Below, in pieces: positions 22,380-33,482 of a DNA stretch of 37,075 nt. The notes beneath the pieces were generated by a model. The model had not been told where the DNA came from and ran no database searches. It saw only the letters and a list, made by a program, of their open reading frames with translations. Positions within the stretch are counted from its first letter, which is position 1; each line of letters begins with the position of its first letter. This stretch comes from Octopus sinensis (Eukaryota). The stretch lies in assembly GCF_006345805.1 (NCBI RefSeq), contig NW_021836801.1, positions 1-37,075 of the forward strand, read 5' to 3'. Both the position numbers and the translations under genes were made by a program.

Positions 22380-23474
22380 TCATAAACGACCCCCCTTCCC
22401 GAGGACAGTGTCGTAGGCAATGCCTATAAAAACGACCGCAGTTGAAATCCATTGATGAACCATCATTTCGTTCCCGAATACAATCACCGACAGAACAATC
22501 GTAAAAAATTTTCTAGTTGTAGTAAATATAGAACACACAAGTGGTCCTAAATGTGCAATAGTTCCGAATATAAAAAGCTAAAGTACATTCAAACCGAGCA
22601 AACCTGACCAATCGAACTCGTCCCCGCAGCACAAATTATATTCCCCAACAATTTTGGGTGAATTCTTACAAATTTCAAAAAACGCGTGAATTCGCCCGTG
22701 AATGAAATGACTGAAATACATTTATTTTATGTACCCGAAAAAAGAATAAGACACGACCACAAATTCATGTTGAACATTAAAATAAGTGGATCAAGTTTGT
22801 AAAAAGACTTTATCCTGTCTTGGATTCCACCTGTGAAGCCATCAAACAACAAAGAAATAATCTAAGTCTCAAAAACAGAAAAAACCAGGAGAAAAATGGG
22901 GAATAACCCATTCGACTGTTTTGACTCAAAATTAGAATAATTGGGTTTGTAGAAGAACACGGTGATTCCCAGTACTATTACTGCCACAGCAATATATTTA
23001 TGGATTGAGTATCTCTTCCGCCCAATCAGAACGCCAAGGAATAAAACAGAAATTGGCTTAACAGACTTTGCCAGAACTTGTGTTGGGTAACTGACATATT
23101 TTAGTGCATAATTACTAGCAAGCATTGCCACCACATACGTTACTCCACATGATATAAAATAATAAAAAGGAATATTATTTTCCTGACATATTTTGCCGTT
23201 CATAATATAATTTGCTAAAATACTCAATGGATTTCATTTACCGATTATGGCTGCCACGAGTGAGGCCAAACATAAGCAAAACACCAAAGTGAGAGTATAT
23301 TCGAATCTTGTCTTTAGGTTGTCCGAACTAATATAAACTGATTTTGTTCTACAAAATAATAAAAAAACATTTTAACATTTTTTCTTGAAAAAATCCATAG
23401 ATTAAATAACTTGAAAATATTCCCATAAAATAAAACAGGGATGAAATAATATTACTTTTTTTCACAACACCCAT
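22380..23474 (-). CDS. SLC35B1: SLC35B1-like nucleotide-sugar / ER ATP-ADP transporter (UAA family), 321 aa, intact
   Basis: Exons 23474-23377, 23348-23242, 23214-22886, 22861-22735, 22710-22604, 22577-22380 (introns 28, 27, 24, 24, 26 nt) give an open 966-nt ORF. Motifs YGFFQEKIT, SNYALKYVSYPTQVLAKSVKP, DGFTGGIQD, MNLWS, TGE, GQLFIF, GPLVCSIFTTTRKFFT, QW. Confidence 0.95.
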
Positions 23475-23699
23475 TAAATACGTGTCCTTAAATAAATATG
23501 TATTTATAATAATTAAATCGTTTTAATAAAATAAACAATTTAATATATTTAAAATAATTTTAATTGTGTTTGAATGTTTTTGGTAATTTCATTCTTTATT
23601 CCCTAACACTTGTACGCTATTATTTTGTAAGAATAGTGATTCATAAAACAGTTATTGGATTTAAAAACAAAAATAGTTGGAATTTAGGTTGAGGAATCA

Positions 23700-24050
23700 T
23701 TTTTTGTCGAGGAGTGTATGTGGCCTGAAATGTCCATTTTTAGAAAATGTTTTGAAGAATTTTGTTTCCAAATTGGCGAACAACCGGAAGGAAGCTCCGT
23801 ATCCCAACCAGGAAAATTCCAAGACAACTGTTGAAAAAGAACATTTTAAATGGAATCAACGCATCAATCAAGCAATATATTGGTCCCCTGCCAAATTTAA
23901 ATATCATCGATATTACCGCTATTATCTATGCAGGACAGTGCACATATGAAAGCCTTTCCAACAACATCAGGCCTAAGAGTATCTGGGAAGAATCAATGAG
24001 GGGGAAAATCGCCAAACTACAACTTGAGCAAGTCCTAACAGCGTGACACC
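23700..24050 (+). mobile_element. Probable N-terminal fragment of the NeSL/R4-like family
   Basis: IIYAGQCTYESL..RPKSIWEESMRGKIAKL resembles the pre-RT region I recall for this family; no start or RT follows. Confidence 0.5.
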
Positions 24051-24187
24051 TTGTGCTCATATGGCTTTAGGAAGATTCGTTTGACCGTTGGCCAAACCAA
24101 TTTACTTTGACATTGCCTTCCGACGACAGGTATATGCGAGCTTAGACCCTGAAAGAAATATTGTCTGGTTTATTTAAATATTAATAA

Positions 24188-25533
24188 TCATTGTTCAATG
24201 TGATTCTTAAATGAGAAAATGTATTTGTGTAGTCCTTTCTTGAGTTCGCGGTGGAGAATAGAGTTGGAAATGTTCATCTAAAATGGTGACGAATAATTAT
24301 GAACATTAATATCCACGTTGGAGAATACGGACAATTCACATGAGAAATTATCGGGGAGGGTGACTATGCGGAAGCCTGTCCCCAGCTTGATCGTGCCTCT
24401 CACTTGTGTGACCGTATTTTCTGGGACCACTGATATGCTCGCAAGGACGCAGAACGACTGGCCTCTGTCTGGAAATATTGCCATGTCCTCCGGAAAGTGA
24501 ACACTCTGATAGAATAATTAGAATACCTCGACTTGATTAATCCTCTCAGTACTTCCTTGGATACTAACATAACAACGTCAGAATCCTTGTTAAAACACGC
24601 CTCTAAAATGACAGAAATAATTACATTGATGGAGGAAATCGAATCAGTTCAGACACGATCAATTCGAGGGGTGCCAAAATCGTAGTCTTTCATGTTTGTT
24701 AGGAAATACCCTTCCACAGAATATATCCCCCAATTCGGGGTGAGACAACGACAAGATCGAGACTTGGTTGTCATTGTAGCACGAATTCCAACATTTCGAA
24801 TCAAAAATTGGCAAAACGACTTGCCAAACTTTTTTTTCTCTTCTTCCATGCCCTCGAGTTGTCAGGCGACAAAATACCATCTTATCTCTGCCGGATTTGC
24901 TCTGGACTGTATAAAAGATGCCGAGTCAGACTGATCCAGCCAGTCCTGCACGTTTTTGTGCAAGTCCCCTCTGTATTCCGCCCGACTGGAGTTGTCGGTG
25001 ATGTCTGAACTGGACAGTTTCCACAACTGCAGCCAGGAGAGTGCAAAGCTCAGAAGGAGGATTGGAATGACAAAACTGAGTGCTTGTATGTGTGAGGAGG
25101 GGTAGTTGGTGAACATGTAGTACTTTAGTATTTTGACCACAATCATGGCAGTCGTCCCAAATGCGAGAGACTAGGTTTGAGGGAGTCGATTACAATCAGA
25201 AGGACCAGTCGGTAACGGAAAGTGACGAAAAACCACAGGGAAATGAGGAGGCCCCTAAACACGGAAAGACACTGACATAAACTAAAAAACTCACCACAAA
25301 GTCAAAAAGTGACGTCTTGAATGAATAATGGACTATTTCGGATGCAAAACTAACTTCTGGTTTGTTGACCTGAATATTGGGGTAGGAATACAGACCATCA
25401 CGAATATGCACCACAGCAAACAGATGAGGATTGTGTCGAGGAAGGCAAATGACAGTACGTGCTTTACTGTGATGAAATTGAGGATACAGGCTTGGTCAGG
25501 AATAAGCAGTGCACTCTCAGATAAGTGCTTCAT
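24188..25533 (-). CDS. STARD3: STARD3/MLN64-like sterol transfer protein (MENTAL + START), ~386 aa, three apparent homopolymer frameshifts
   Basis: MENTAL: DTILICLLW, EIVHYSFKTSLFDFVCLSVFR, IVVKI, ILLLSFALSWLQLW. START-like: HPELGDIFCGRTTILAPLELIVSELI, FNK, SRVFTFRR, VRG, SNVDI, ILHREL. Exons 25533-25370, 25349-25295, 25271-25194, 25170-24878, 24852-24710, 24686-24625, 24602-24527, 24505-24305, 24277-24188; introns 20, 23, 23, 25, 23, 22, 21, 27 nt. Intron 4 is the least certain. Confidence 0.85.
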
Positions 25534-25779
25534 ATAACTTATTCGAATAATTTACATTTTTAGTTCAAAAAATCAATTGATTAAAATTAATAATAATAAT
25601 GTTTCTCTTGGTGTAAACGTTGATGAGAAATATTTTTTAATAATTTGTGACTGCAATAAAAGACTTGTCAAAAGTGTACAGGGCAACCATGGGGAAATCC
25701 CACATTTGGTGCCAATAGCACAACTCCGTAAAGCGAGCTGTCATATGACCATTATTTTGGCAGATCTCTACACTTGACA

Positions 25780-26400
25780 ACCTGAAGGCGGACGGGGACC
25801 TGGTCGACCATTGAGTAAATTAGTACTGGGGATGATATCTGCAGTTATGTCTTTGTTGGAATCTTCACGGACGACCTCGTTTTTGTCAAGGGCACTGACT
25901 TTTAATTAACACGTTGAGTAAATTCGCTTTAAGTCAGGAGCTGGTCAAACAAGTGGAGAATTTTCTCCTTGATGTACTACTCTATCCTTGTCTTCAGGCA
26001 TTTTACGGAGAGTAAGTTCACGTGGACACTCAGTTCGAGTCGATCAAAGGAAGATCATTAAATTCCCAGAAAGTTCTACTTACCGTTTGGATAATTCCTT
26101 GGCCAACAAGGGGAAATGACTGTTTATCATATTAATTACAACATTGACTTCTTCGATCGACTCAAAGTGGTTGAAAATGAGCAGGATGGTTTTCTTTATG
26201 CCGGAATCACCTGAGTACAGCGGGCTTTTCTCATTCCTCAAAATGGTCGTGCTTCATGTCTTCGGCTTCAAATCAAGCCAGTACTTTTGTGTTGAGTCTC
26301 CTGAACTGGGGACTGTCCAGTACTCGTTTACCGACAGATTGAGCAGGACTTTCTGTCCCTTAGACTTCACCCCACAGATGTCAAAGATACACTTACTTGA
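25780..26400 (+). mobile_element. Heavily decayed LINE reverse transcriptase 3' half
   Basis: Collinear remnants PEGG..GP, IFTDDLVF, WSNKWRI, QIKPVLL; many stops. Confidence 0.45.
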
Positions 26401-26949
26401 GAAATAAATTCTTTGATGTCGCCAAAAATGAAGAAATTTGCCTAAAGTACTTGTGGTGACTTTTCTTGTAAAACAGTTGTTTCCAACCCAAACTTCGGTG
26501 ATTTCCGTGTTGGGAAAATTTTTTACGATTTATTTATTGTTGTCGGATTAGGCCACTGAAGATGAATGCGGGAAAATATTTTGTGCAGTAAATAAATTTG
26601 AAAGTAGTAAATTTACGTGGGATTATGTATGAGTGAATGATTGACATGGAAAGGCTGATAATTCTGAGAAGAGGTAGACGTCTGGTTTGTGCTGATATTT
26701 GCAAAGCTGGGTCGCTGTTTGTGTCTGAACAGTCGCAGAGCGGATTCCGTCTACTTTGATGGATTCTCCATTAGAAAGATCCGGTTCAGCTTAATGCCAA
26801 GAAAAAAGTGTTGCCACGTACTTTGGTAGTTTTATATTATAGATTAAGGAGTCACCTGGGAATTGGGGAAACTCTGGCGTGGTTTGGAAGGAGACAAAAA
26901 TGACGACTGATCGAGGACTTGTTAACGTTTTCCTAGTTTTTCTATATTC

Positions 26950-28600
26950 AAGCTTTTGTGATTCAAATGGATTATTTAAAACATTTTTAAATCAGTCATA
27001 AAAAACAAGCTTCAATGCCGGCTCTTAAAGGATTTAACATCATGTTAAATTCTCTTTCTGCCATAATCATAAAGAAAAGGTGTAAAGAACTTTTAAAGAA
27101 AAATAAAATATTTATAAAAAAGAAAGTCTATTTTTAGATGTTAAAGAAATTACTCAAGTTATGAAATTTTTAAAGGAATAAGAAAGTCCTATCATTTTAA
27201 TGTGGAAATTGGTTGACACGTGCTATGGCGAGCTTAGTCCTTCTTCAATGATAATTAGAACCACATTCTCAAAAAAATATTTTCTGAACAATTTAATGTA
27301 AAATGGGAGGGGCCGGAACATCAGTCGGATTTATGTCATTTATATGTGATGTTATGTCTACTAAAAACAAAAATTTCAAAATATTAATTGTAATTCGAAA
27401 AAACTCTTCTTGTCACCGTTCTTAGCGATAAACAGATAGATTCAAAAATGTTTTTTACGGTAATAGATTTTCAGCTACTGTCATTAAACATTCTTTAATA
27501 AATTCTCCGTCTGAAAATGTTTTCATTCGTTTCGCAATTATCTTTAATATTTCGTAATCAAAGGGAAGGCCAGCAGCCTGGCGGATCGCCAAACTGTTCC
27601 CCCGGATAACGGCGATCGAGAACCACTGAAGAAGCCAGTCCACCTCCCAAGGATCGTGAGTGCGCATGGAAATTTTGGCCCGAGCTTGCGGAGGAACCCG
27701 GGGCGCAGAGAGATTCCGATCTTTACCGATTCATTGTCAAGGAGAGTGCCAGATGGGGCGTTCGGGAATGCACAAAGCCAAGCTCCACTAGCCGGGGATG
27801 CTGCCGACAGAAGGCAAGCGCGGCGGTGTTGGTTGGACGACTCGAGCAGCAGATTGAAAGTTTGCTTGCATACTATTCGATCCCAGGCTCGTTGAGACAT
27901 TCGATCTTCCGGAGAGTAAAGACCTTGTTCCTTCCAGACTTCGCTGAAATGAGCCACATTTGTGTCCAAGGAAAATTCAGAAAAGGAGCGTAGAATTTCC
28001 ATGATAAGTGTTTGGCTCGAGGAGACGGACGAGACAAAAGCAGGGACCGATAAGTCTGAACATGAGCGGATGCCAACACCCCCAAAAGATAACGGGAGGG
28101 TTGCGCCTGTTCCAGGGGGAATTGCATAGTCTCCCTGGAAAAGCAAAGCACGGAGAAGAGCATAGCAAATAAGAGAGCTTTTGGATTGAAAAGCAATTCC
28201 GTAGAAGAAGTAATGCTGTATGTAAGTCCAACTGACTGATACGTTTAAAAACTCTGAATTCCTTTTTGCGTAGGGTCACGTCAATAGAATCGTAATTTGT
28301 GCTTGTGATATCATCTTTTTTACACCTCAAATTATAAAAAATGTTGTTTGCTTTTGGTAATTTTGTTCAAAACTCTTAATTTCTTTTATGCAAGATTCTC
28401 CTGTAAACTTGTTAAATTTTTCGTAATGAAGAGATTCATAATATCGCTAAATGTTATAAAGTTTTGGACAGCAACTTTTTCGAAGCATATTAAACATATA
28501 GGTTTTTCATTATCCTCAATAAAGAAATATTCACGAGTCCAATCTGGATTAAACGTGGGGACTTGGACATCTTTAATTCTTTTCGGATAATTCAAGATTC
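26950..28600 (-). mobile_element. Buster/SPIN (GTF2IRD2-like) hAT transposase remnant, interrupted by a CRE-like insertion
   Basis: FNPDWTREYFFIE..KPICLIC..VAV; after removing the insert, TNYEILKIIAKRMKTFSDGEFIKECL..SICLSLRTVTRR. Termini not identified; left coordinate approximate. Confidence 0.8.
27559..28289 (-). mobile_element. CRE-like non-LTR element, 5'-truncated and internally deleted, with 7-bp TSD
   Basis: LDLHTALLLLRNCFS..KL.YLL.SSP, ATLPLSFGGVGIRS, QRAWD, SGAWL.AFP..GTLLDN, SIAVIRGN. TSD TCGTAAT at 27552-27558 and 28290-28296; excision restores hAT codons ACA AAT TAC GAA ATA. Confidence 0.9.
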
Positions 28601-28739
28601 AAATTCACCAAACAAAATTATTAAAACTTTTAAAAATTTATTTAATTTTTAATAATAGATAAAATGTATGTATAAATACTTTACTAAATTTGTCCGCGGG
28701 CAATGTTAATTGGAAAAATTTGTGCGGACCAATTTCCTC

Positions 28740-29655
28740 TAAAGACCATCGACAATCCTTGAAAGTTATGACAGCTAACCAGAGAATTTGACTATCAGTT
28801 GTGCTTTTTCTAACTAAACGTCTTCAGTAAAAGAATTGATGGGTTGTGACTTGCCGGTCATGTGATATCCCCAATGAATCACCCAAAAAAATAGAACTAC
28901 ATAATTCAAGTAAACATATTGGCCATGATGCTGTGACGGTGATTCAACAGAAATCATGCCGTGTAGGGAATCCTCCTGCGGTGTCCCAATTGTTGTTTTG
29001 AAACCGCGGAAAGTTGATCCTTCTGTCCACATAGATAGTCTTGTGTACATAAATATATTTCTGATTATCCTAACCGACGATTTATTAAATATTTGCTCAA
29101 GCATATTCATCAGTTTCTGTCTGTTTATTGACTCTGGATAGATCTAATCTCAACACGGTTGCTCTTGAATCTTTAATGCGTTACGCAGGACTAAAACACT
29201 GGCAAATGCGGAAGTGGCTAAACTGAAGATAGGATGGCTAAGAGCCAAGGGAATTTACATAGGATGTAGGCTTTACAACGCGTTTGTGAAACCGATTTTA
29301 CTGTACAACCTTGGGACATCGGGGAGTCCCTTAACAAACTATTGAAACTGAATTTGTTCCATAGAAGGCAACTAAGGAGGTTACTCGGAATGGAGTGGTC
29401 ACGTAGAATATCAACTACCAGTATCTACAACAACTTTATGTGTTCTTACATCAGCAATAATATGATAGATGGCCAATGGAGGCTATTTGGACATGTACTA
29501 AGAATTTGACAAATTTTTTCGCGACTACTTAGATCGACACTTCTGACTGTCTTAAACAAAGATCTAAATCGCATGAGAAAAAATCTAAAAACGGAGGACA
29601 CCCTGGAGAAGTTGAGATCACTTTCATTCGATGGAGGAAGATGGAAAAAACGAAC
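28740..29655 (+). mobile_element. RTE-like LINE, decayed 3' part
   Basis: RLYNAFVKPILLYN, FHRRQLRRLLG.EW..IS, WRLFGHVLR, LNKDL..LEKLRSL..RW. Left boundary approximate. Confidence 0.8.
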
Positions 29656-29661
29656 TATATG

Positions 29662-31219
29662 CAGTAAAACCTCTGGTGCTCGCCATTTTCGGGACCGAAG
29701 AAAAAATGGCGAGCAATAGAATTTGGCGAGCAATAGAAATAATCAATAAATTTGTTGACATCGAAATTTTGAAAACATGTCCGTTTTCGATACTTTCCGA
29801 TCATAAGTGAACCTTCCAAGTCATATTTGACCAAAGAAACAAAGAAAATCGAAAAAAATTGCAAAGAAAAAATTAACTAAAAAAATCTTTAATAGTTTTT
29901 TTTAATTTAGCCATATTTCTAATAACGGTTTCGATTAGTTCCAACAAATTTATATCAAAATTTTCATTTTGATAAAATAATGACTTTATTCTTTTCAACA
30001 TTTTCAAAGCCTCTTCTGAATTCACATGAGATTCGTCATTATGAGTATCTTCATCGTCATATTTGTGTGGGAAAGAATCTCCAGCAATATTAAGGTAATC
30101 TTCAATTTCATCTATTTCGGTAAATTCATGATTAATAAAATCATCTTTATCCACCGGGTCCAATATTTTCAAGATATTTACCATTTGATCATAATTATCA
30201 ATTTCAACAGTTGGTCTTTCGAATTGATTTTCACATTCGATCCATTTTGAATGTCCGAAACAATTTGCAATTGTTTTGGTCGTTACTTTTTTCCAGGAAA
30301 AATATGTACAAAGAAGACCGTCTTTTAAGGTTATTTTTTATGAGCTTCCAGTGGATTTTCTCCATTTTCAAATTTTTCTAGCATTAACTCAAATTTAAGT
30401 TTATTAAAATGTCCTTTGAAGGATCTAATGATTCCTTGATCCATTGGCTGTAGAATTGTTGTAGTCTTCGAAGGTAGGTAAAGAACTTCAATTGACTGTC
30501 AATCAGCGTAAATTTTATGGGATGGGCATCGATCCACAACTAAAAGAATTTTTCGTTTTTTTAGATGCCTATCCCATGTTAAAAGCCATTCGTTAAAAAT
30601 TTTACTTGTCATCCATGCTTTTGGTGAATGACAGTAATCGACAAAATTTTCTACTTTAAAATTTTTAAAGCAGCGAGGTTTCTGGAACTTTCCAATCATA
30701 AGTGGAATTTTTTTGTCTGTCCCAGTCATTTTTGACCATAGCAACAAAGAAAATCTAAAAAATAAATTAAAATTAAACCGTTCTTTAAGGATTTTATGTC
30801 CATGTCGAACCTTCTGAAGGGATAGATTTGTAAAAAAATCCCAGTTTCATCAGCGTTATAAATGTTTTCAGCATTATATTGTTGAATCTTTGCAGAGATC
30901 AAAGAAGTAAATGCATCAATTTCTTGTTTCTTATCAACTGCAGTAGATCCTAATTCTCCATGTACGCAATAATGCGACGTTTTCAATTAAAAGACAATCT
31001 TGTGCACTTACGCATGTTAAATTTAGCGTGGTTGAAATATTTTATATAAAAAATAGTTTAACCAAAAAAAAATTTTTTAAATTAATGGCGAGATTTAGAA
31101 AATGGCGAGCAATAGAATATTTATCAAAATTTACTAGAAATTTTTAATTTTTTGAAAAATATGTGGCGAGCAATAGAGGTGGCGAGTAACAGAGGTGGCG
31201 AGCACCAGAGGTTTTACTG
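29662..31219 (-). mobile_element. Tigger/pogo element family 4, internally deleted, both TIRs intact
   Basis: Perfect 24-bp TIR CAGTAAAACCTCTGGTGCTCGCCA (29662-29685, 31196-31219); TA on the right, TG on the left. IYNADETG, MIGKFQKPRCF, KAWMTS, ILLVVDRCPSH, TIANCF; HTH region missing. Confidence 0.93.
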
Positions 31220-31410
31220 TATATTGTTTCATTGAAGCTTGCACGTGCGGAGCTATAAACATTTTGGCTCTCGTGAAAGTGCCATGATAATAATACCAAA
31301 CTGAACCCTAACTTCTGAACCCGAATGGTTGGTTTTACAAAGTTGAATGGAGAGTTTGATTATGTTGGCAGATTTTTGGATAACCGGAAATCTCCGTTAA
31401 TATTATGATT

Positions 31411-31630
31411 TATTATTATTATTATTTGCAACATACGTAGAATCATATTAGTTATAATTTTACTCGTGCAGCATTAAAAACAATCCTTTGAACCAGCCTC
31501 CTCCAACCTCCTCTGTCGTGAGCGAGTTTCCTCAGCTCGTCCAGATCCTCACCACTCCTTAGCCTTTTCTTCACACATTTCAGGTCTCCGTCAAGTGTTT
31601 CCGGCAGCGTAACACGTGGACGTCCACGTC
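31411..31630 (-). mobile_element. 3' end of an RTE-like LINE with (TAA)n tail
   Basis: RGRGRPRVTLPETLDGDL..DLDELRKLAHDRGGWRRL, stop at 31452-31454, (TAA)n at 31411-31424; same C-terminal pattern as 29500-29655. Confidence 0.8.
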
Positions 31631-31788
31631 CACGTTATGATTTAATACAAAGTAATTTAGTAAATAACCTACAGTGATTGTAAACAACTAACAAATGATA
31701 AGTATTTTATTAAATTAATTCAATTAAGAAGCCTTCGGAATGATTATGGCAGGAACTCCACATATACCTTTATTATTTTTCTACACCG

Positions 31789-33375
31789 TTGACTAAACTA
31801 AGAAAAAAATTAATTTTCTTAGTAAATTGGCCAATTCTCAAATTGAAACACAATTGGCTGAATTTTCTTGATAAAACACAAATTATAAACTACAAGGAAG
31901 AAAATGACAGTGTTTCGTGTCAGCTTATGGCTGACAGATTCTCACATTTATTCCGCAAGACGATCTCGAAAAAGACGATAAATAATTTACTGCTTAATAA
32001 AAACTCTATTTTACGGGATTCGAAAATCTATCAAAATTCGTTTAAAGCTGCCCACAAACCAAAATTTCCTACGCGTGAAGAAAAATTGATCGAATGGATA
32101 CAATAGAGTCTAAAGGTATTAATTGAAAACTAATTTATAGGTGGTTTTTTGAATAATTCCTTAATATCGTGTAAGGCTGCGCATTTTACCGAGGAGTTAC
32201 AACTTAGTAACTTAAAAATTCTAATGGATATTTGGCAAAATTCAAAAAGAGACGGTTTTAGAATGCCAAAATTACACGGAGAGATGTGAACTGATAGAGA
32301 AGTTGACATTAATTCCTTTCGTGAAGAATTCAAAGAAATTTCTAAATTGTATAAGCCTGATCTAAGTTATAATTTAGATGAAATTGCATTATACTACAAG
32401 CTTATTCCATCGAAAAGCAGAAACCGATTCCAAGGATACAAAAATTTTAAAGACCTTGTGTCTATTATGCTTTGCTCAAACATGACCGGAAGTCATGAAT
32501 TGAAACCTGTGATGATCGGAAAACCGAAAATGCCTAGATGTTTTAGAAATTTTGACTATGGATGTCTTGTTTCATATTATAGCTCGCAGAAAGCTTGGAT
32601 GACTGGATCTATTTTTATTGATTGGATTATTAGCTTTGATCTTCAGCTTAAAATTGAAAAGAAGCACATTCTATTCCTCAAAACTTGGATTGTATTTAGA
32701 TTTTATTTTTTCCTAAAAATTCTACTGGATTACTACAACCAATGGATATTGGAATATAAAAACTTTCAAGACTCATTTCACGAGAAGAAAGCTCCAGTAC
32801 TTAATTGACTTGGTGGAGGCTGAAAATATTTCTTTATACAATTCATACAAAAAATTGACATGAAAAGATGCAATTTTGTTTGTTATTATGGGTTGGGGTG
32901 ACGTATATACTGAAACCATTCAAAATTGTTTTAAGATTTTAAATAAATTTAATAAATTAAACATTATGACACTGAAATTGAAAGAACTGATATTTTCGAT
33001 CTTTTAATGAGTGAAGATTTTTTAGAAATCGAATGCATAGATCAAGATATAAACAAAAATTGTTTAAAAGAAGATCAAGAGTTTGAAAGTAGCGACGAAG
33101 AGACAAAAATCATATATCCACTCAATAGAAAGGATATTGCAAGAAGATTAACTGAAATAAAAAGGGAACTTTACTGTAATGCAGAAAATGAGAATGATGT
33201 TTCGCTCATTTAAGAAATTACAAAGCAAAGTTAAAAAGAGTCAATAAAAAGGAATTAGGGATTGAATTTTTTAATAAAATTTAAACGTGTTTATTATATT
33301 TGTAGGTATTGATTTTGTTTCAAATTGGCCATAAAATTGTATGTACCAAAAATGGCCAATTGCGAGGGTTCACTG
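31789..33375 (+). mobile_element. Tigger/pogo element family 1, copy B
   Basis: Collinear with 9879-13023 but lacks the Tc1 and has a 31-bp deletion removing ILLLIDHCP; 3' TIR ends at 33375, followed by TA. 5' TIR not found. Confidence 0.9.
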
Positions 33376-33482
33376 TATACATTTTTCTGTTAAATTCTGC
33401 TAAATTAATCATTTTTTCTGTTAAATAACTACCTCAGTAAATGAAACGTTCAATTTCAAAGATATACAGATTTGACGTATTG

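Noticed and set aside
26100-26530. Minus-strand reading resembling CCAR1 DBC1/SAP region (KYWLDLKPKT*STTILRNE..GIKK)
   Set aside because: In-frame stop, no consistent micro-intron model, and the plus strand gives collinear LINE RT motifs (FTDD, WSNKWRI, IKPVL).
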